A stretch of 64,000 nucleotides of DNA. It comes from an uncultured Spirochaetia bacterium. Lineage in GTDB: Bacteria; Desulfobacterota_D; UBA1144; Nemesobacterales; UBA2774. The position numbers were made by a program, and so were the translations under genes. The notes under the pieces were generated by a model. That model was not told where the DNA came from, did no database searches, and saw only the letters and a program-made list of their open reading frames with translations. Location: NCBI GenBank assembly GCA_964586675.1, contig CAZPHQ010000004.1, forward strand, positions 3,031 to 67,030, given 5' to 3'. Shown here piece by piece: positions 61,692-64,000 of this stretch (its first letter is position 1; every line of letters begins with the position of its first letter).

Positions 61692-63377
61692 ATGAGTAAA
61701 TACACGAAACCCTCTGGAAAAATACCGGTACACAGAAGCAGCCTCGGCATCGGCACACTGGCCGAGCTCGTAGGGTCGAGCGCGGATAAATATTCCGGCC
61801 GCACCGCCTACAGGACGCCAGGCCTCGGGGGGGTTATCGACATTTCGTACGGCAGGGTCTTCGAGGTCGTTACGAAATTCGCGCGGCACTTAAAAGAGCT
61901 CGGCATAGAAAAGGGCGACCATGTCGCCGTGCTGGGCGAGAACAGGCCCGAGTGGGGAATGTCCCTTTTCGCCCTCGCCTGGATCGGGGCCGTAGCGGTG
62001 CCGCTCGACGCGCGCGCCTCGGCCGAAAGCCACAAATTCATACTCTCTTTCTCTTCGTCGAAGGCGGTAATCGCATCGAACGAATTCCTCAGCGAGATAA
62101 AGATGTTCGCGCACGAGCTGCCTCAATTAAAGCACGTCGTAAGTATGGACGGTATATACGACTCCGGCTCCGGGTACGCGCAAGGCACGCCGATGGAGAA
62201 CGTAAGACCGGGCGACCTCCTCGAGATACTGTTCACCTCGGGAACGACGGGCGACCCGAAGGGCGTCATGCTCACGCACGGGAATATAATGTCTAACGTG
62301 GACGACATATACAGGACTATAGAGTATTATCCGACGGACAGGGCCTTTTCGATCCTCCCGATTCATCATTCCTACGAATGCACGGGCGGGCTGATTACAA
62401 CTTTCGGAAGCGGCATGAGCGTATTCTACGCGCGCGGGATGAAGCCGAGGGAGCTCCTAGAGGATATGAAATCGGCGAAACCGACTATATGGCTGAGCGC
62501 GCCTCTCATCATGGAGAAACTCTATCTCAGGATCAGAAAAGAGATAGCCTCACAAACCGGACTGAAGAAGATAGTGACCGGCATTCTGCCCGAAAGCTTT
62601 CTGAAAAAGAAAATAAGACAAAGCCTCGGCCTCGAAGACGCGAGGCTGATAGTGTCCGGAGGCGCCGCCCTCCCCCCCTGGGTCTCGGAGGGACTTGCAG
62701 GATACGGCCTCGACGTTATACAGGGATACGGCCTCTCGGAAGCCTCGCCCCTCATAACCGTCAACCCTCCCTCGCGGCCGAAGCCCGAGAGCATTGGCAT
62801 GGCGATACCGAGCGACGAGGTGGAGATACGGGAGGTAAACGACGAGGGAGTAGGCGAGATCGCCGCCAGGGGACCCAACATTATGCAGGGCTATTATAGG
62901 AACAGTAGCGCGACAGGCGAAACGCTCACGCCGGACGGCTGGCTGCTCACGGGCGACGTCGGATACTTCGACGACGAAGGCTACCTCTACATCACGGGTA
63001 GAAAGAAATCCGTCATAGTCACGAGAGGGGGCAAAAACGTCTATCCGGAGGAAGTCGAAGAAAAGCTCACGAAGTCCCCGCTCATAGAGGAGGCGCTCGT
63101 ATTCAGCCCCGATGATTCGGATATACAGGCTGTCATATACCCCTCGTTCGAAGAGGCCCGGATACGGCTCGCGTCTAATGGCATGTCGGACTCGCCCGAG
63201 AACATGTGGGAGCTCGTAAGGGAAGAAGTGCGGGCAGTGAACGCGGGGCTCGAGCCATACAAAAGGGTGAGGCATTTCGCTTTAAGGACCGAGGAATTCC
63301 CGAAAACCACGACCCGCAAGATAAAACGGTACCTTTTCAAGGGCCTAAGCCTGACGCCGGACACGAAAATTTTATGA
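61692..63377 (+). CDS. Long-chain fatty acid--CoA ligase (AMP-dependent synthetase/ligase)
   Basis: AMP-binding motif LFTSGTTGDPKGVMLTHGNI, YGLSE and GWLLTGD motifs, and the C-terminal K of the adenylation domain. Confidence 0.85.
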   Translation: MSKYTKPSGKIPVHRSSLGIGTLAELVGSSADKYSGRTAYRTPGLGGVIDISYGRVFEVVTKFARHLKELGIEKGDHVAVLGENRPEWGMSLFALAWIGAVAVPLDARASAESHKFILSFSSSKAVIASNEFLSEIKMFAHELPQLKHVVSMDGIYDSGSGYAQGTPMENVRPGDLLEILFTSGTTGDPKGVMLTHGNIMSNVDDIYRTIEYYPTDRAFSILPIHHSYECTGGLITTFGSGMSVFYARGMKPRELLEDMKSAKPTIWLSAPLIMEKLYLRIRKEIASQTGLKKIVTGILPESFLKKKIRQSLGLEDARLIVSGGAALPPWVSEGLAGYGLDVIQGYGLSEASPLITVNPPSRPKPESIGMAIPSDEVEIREVNDEGVGEIAARGPNIMQGYYRNSSATGETLTPDGWLLTGDVGYFDDEGYLYITGRKKSVIVTRGGKNVYPEEVEEKLTKSPLIEEALVFSPDDSDIQAVIYPSFEEARIRLASNGMSDSPENMWELVREEVRAVNAGLEPYKRVRHFALRTEEFPKTTTRKIKRYLFKGLSLTPDTKIL

Positions 63378-63553
63378 TCGAAACACGCCTTAATTGATAT
63401 ACCGGATAGCCGAAATATAACTTTGACATTATAATAATGCGTGGCCGGTCGAGCGTATTTTTAATTCACACCGGCGTAAATATCAGTTATCATTAATTTT
63501 ACGGGGTTATAAAGATTAATTTTGGTTAGGCCGTCTGGTTTAAAGGATAAAAA

Positions 63554-64000
63554 GATGGGGAGATTTCGGAATATAACCGGAAAAGGTATTTCCGTACTGA
63601 TACTTGCGCTTTCGGTAAAGATGGCGCTCCTGGCATGCGTTCCGGCCAGCCAGCAAACGACCGTCGAGCCTGAAACCCCGCCCGCCGCCGTATACGACCC
63701 TTCCCAAAAGGTGCGGCTTAGCAACGCGATAAACCATAAGGTCACGGCCTCCGCCGCTTCACGCAGCATCACCGCCGGCGGCAGGAACATGAGATTAAGC
63801 CCAGCCCTGCCGGGCTTTTACCAGAAGCGCGCCTACGAAGCGGTCTGGATAGACGATAACGGCAACCCCCGCCAGGCCGACGAGCTGGTCGAAGCCGTAA
63901 AGGCCAGTTATTACGAAGGACTAAACCCCGAAGACTACGGCCTCACGCAGATGGAGGCGGTGCTCGCGAGGGTCAAATCGGCCGGGAACAAGGCCGATAC
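63554..64000 (+). CDS. L,D-transpeptidase-family protein (YcbB/LdtD-like), N-terminal fragment running off the window
   Basis: Signal peptide, then FYQKRAYEAVWIDDNGNPRQADELVEAVKASYYEGLNPEDY, which resembles the N-terminal region of YcbB-type L,D-transpeptidases. Open frame to the window end. Confidence 0.4.

Overview
About 64 kb of a high-GC (roughly 60-65%) bacterial chromosome, densely packed with housekeeping genes. Secure calls from motifs include:
- ileS, lutABC (lactate utilisation), an SbcD/SbcC-like nuclease-ATPase pair, PBP1A, cysK.
- The conserved ftsH-folP-cdaA-cdaR-glmM-pdxJ cluster, then fur, folC, rpe, metK-ahcY, xerD, scpAB, der, ilvE, sppA, pepA.

Long antisense ORFs are common, as expected at this GC, and were discarded. 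I found no rRNA, tRNA, CRISPR array or IS element.

The most unusual region is 52.7-56.8 kb. It holds a small biosynthetic locus: a type III polyketide synthase translationally coupled to a membrane methyltransferase of the ICMT family (isoprenylcysteine carboxyl methyltransferase), plus a DoxX membrane protein. Two paralogous ArsR-type regulators bracket it, each preceded by a perfect inverted repeat, and AT-rich non-coding DNA (about 40% GC) flanks it. This looks like a horizontally acquired, repressor-gated alkylresorcinol/alkylpyrone-type cassette.

Other points of interest:
- A GHKL-kinase-like/GNAT acetyltransferase fusion gene immediately downstream of lpdA.
- A DnaD-domain plus zinc-ribbon DnaC/DnaI-like AAA+ pair, which looks like an unconventional helicase-loader module.
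- A 700-bp AT-rich gap containing a 95-codon, cysteine-rich stop-to-stop frame with no start codon, whose only nearby ATG lies 1 nt out of frame.
- An orphan phaR with no PHA synthase nearby.
- A glycine-codon microsatellite inside a lipoprotein gene.
- Two tandem terminator-like hairpins embedded in a 20-nt direct repeat.
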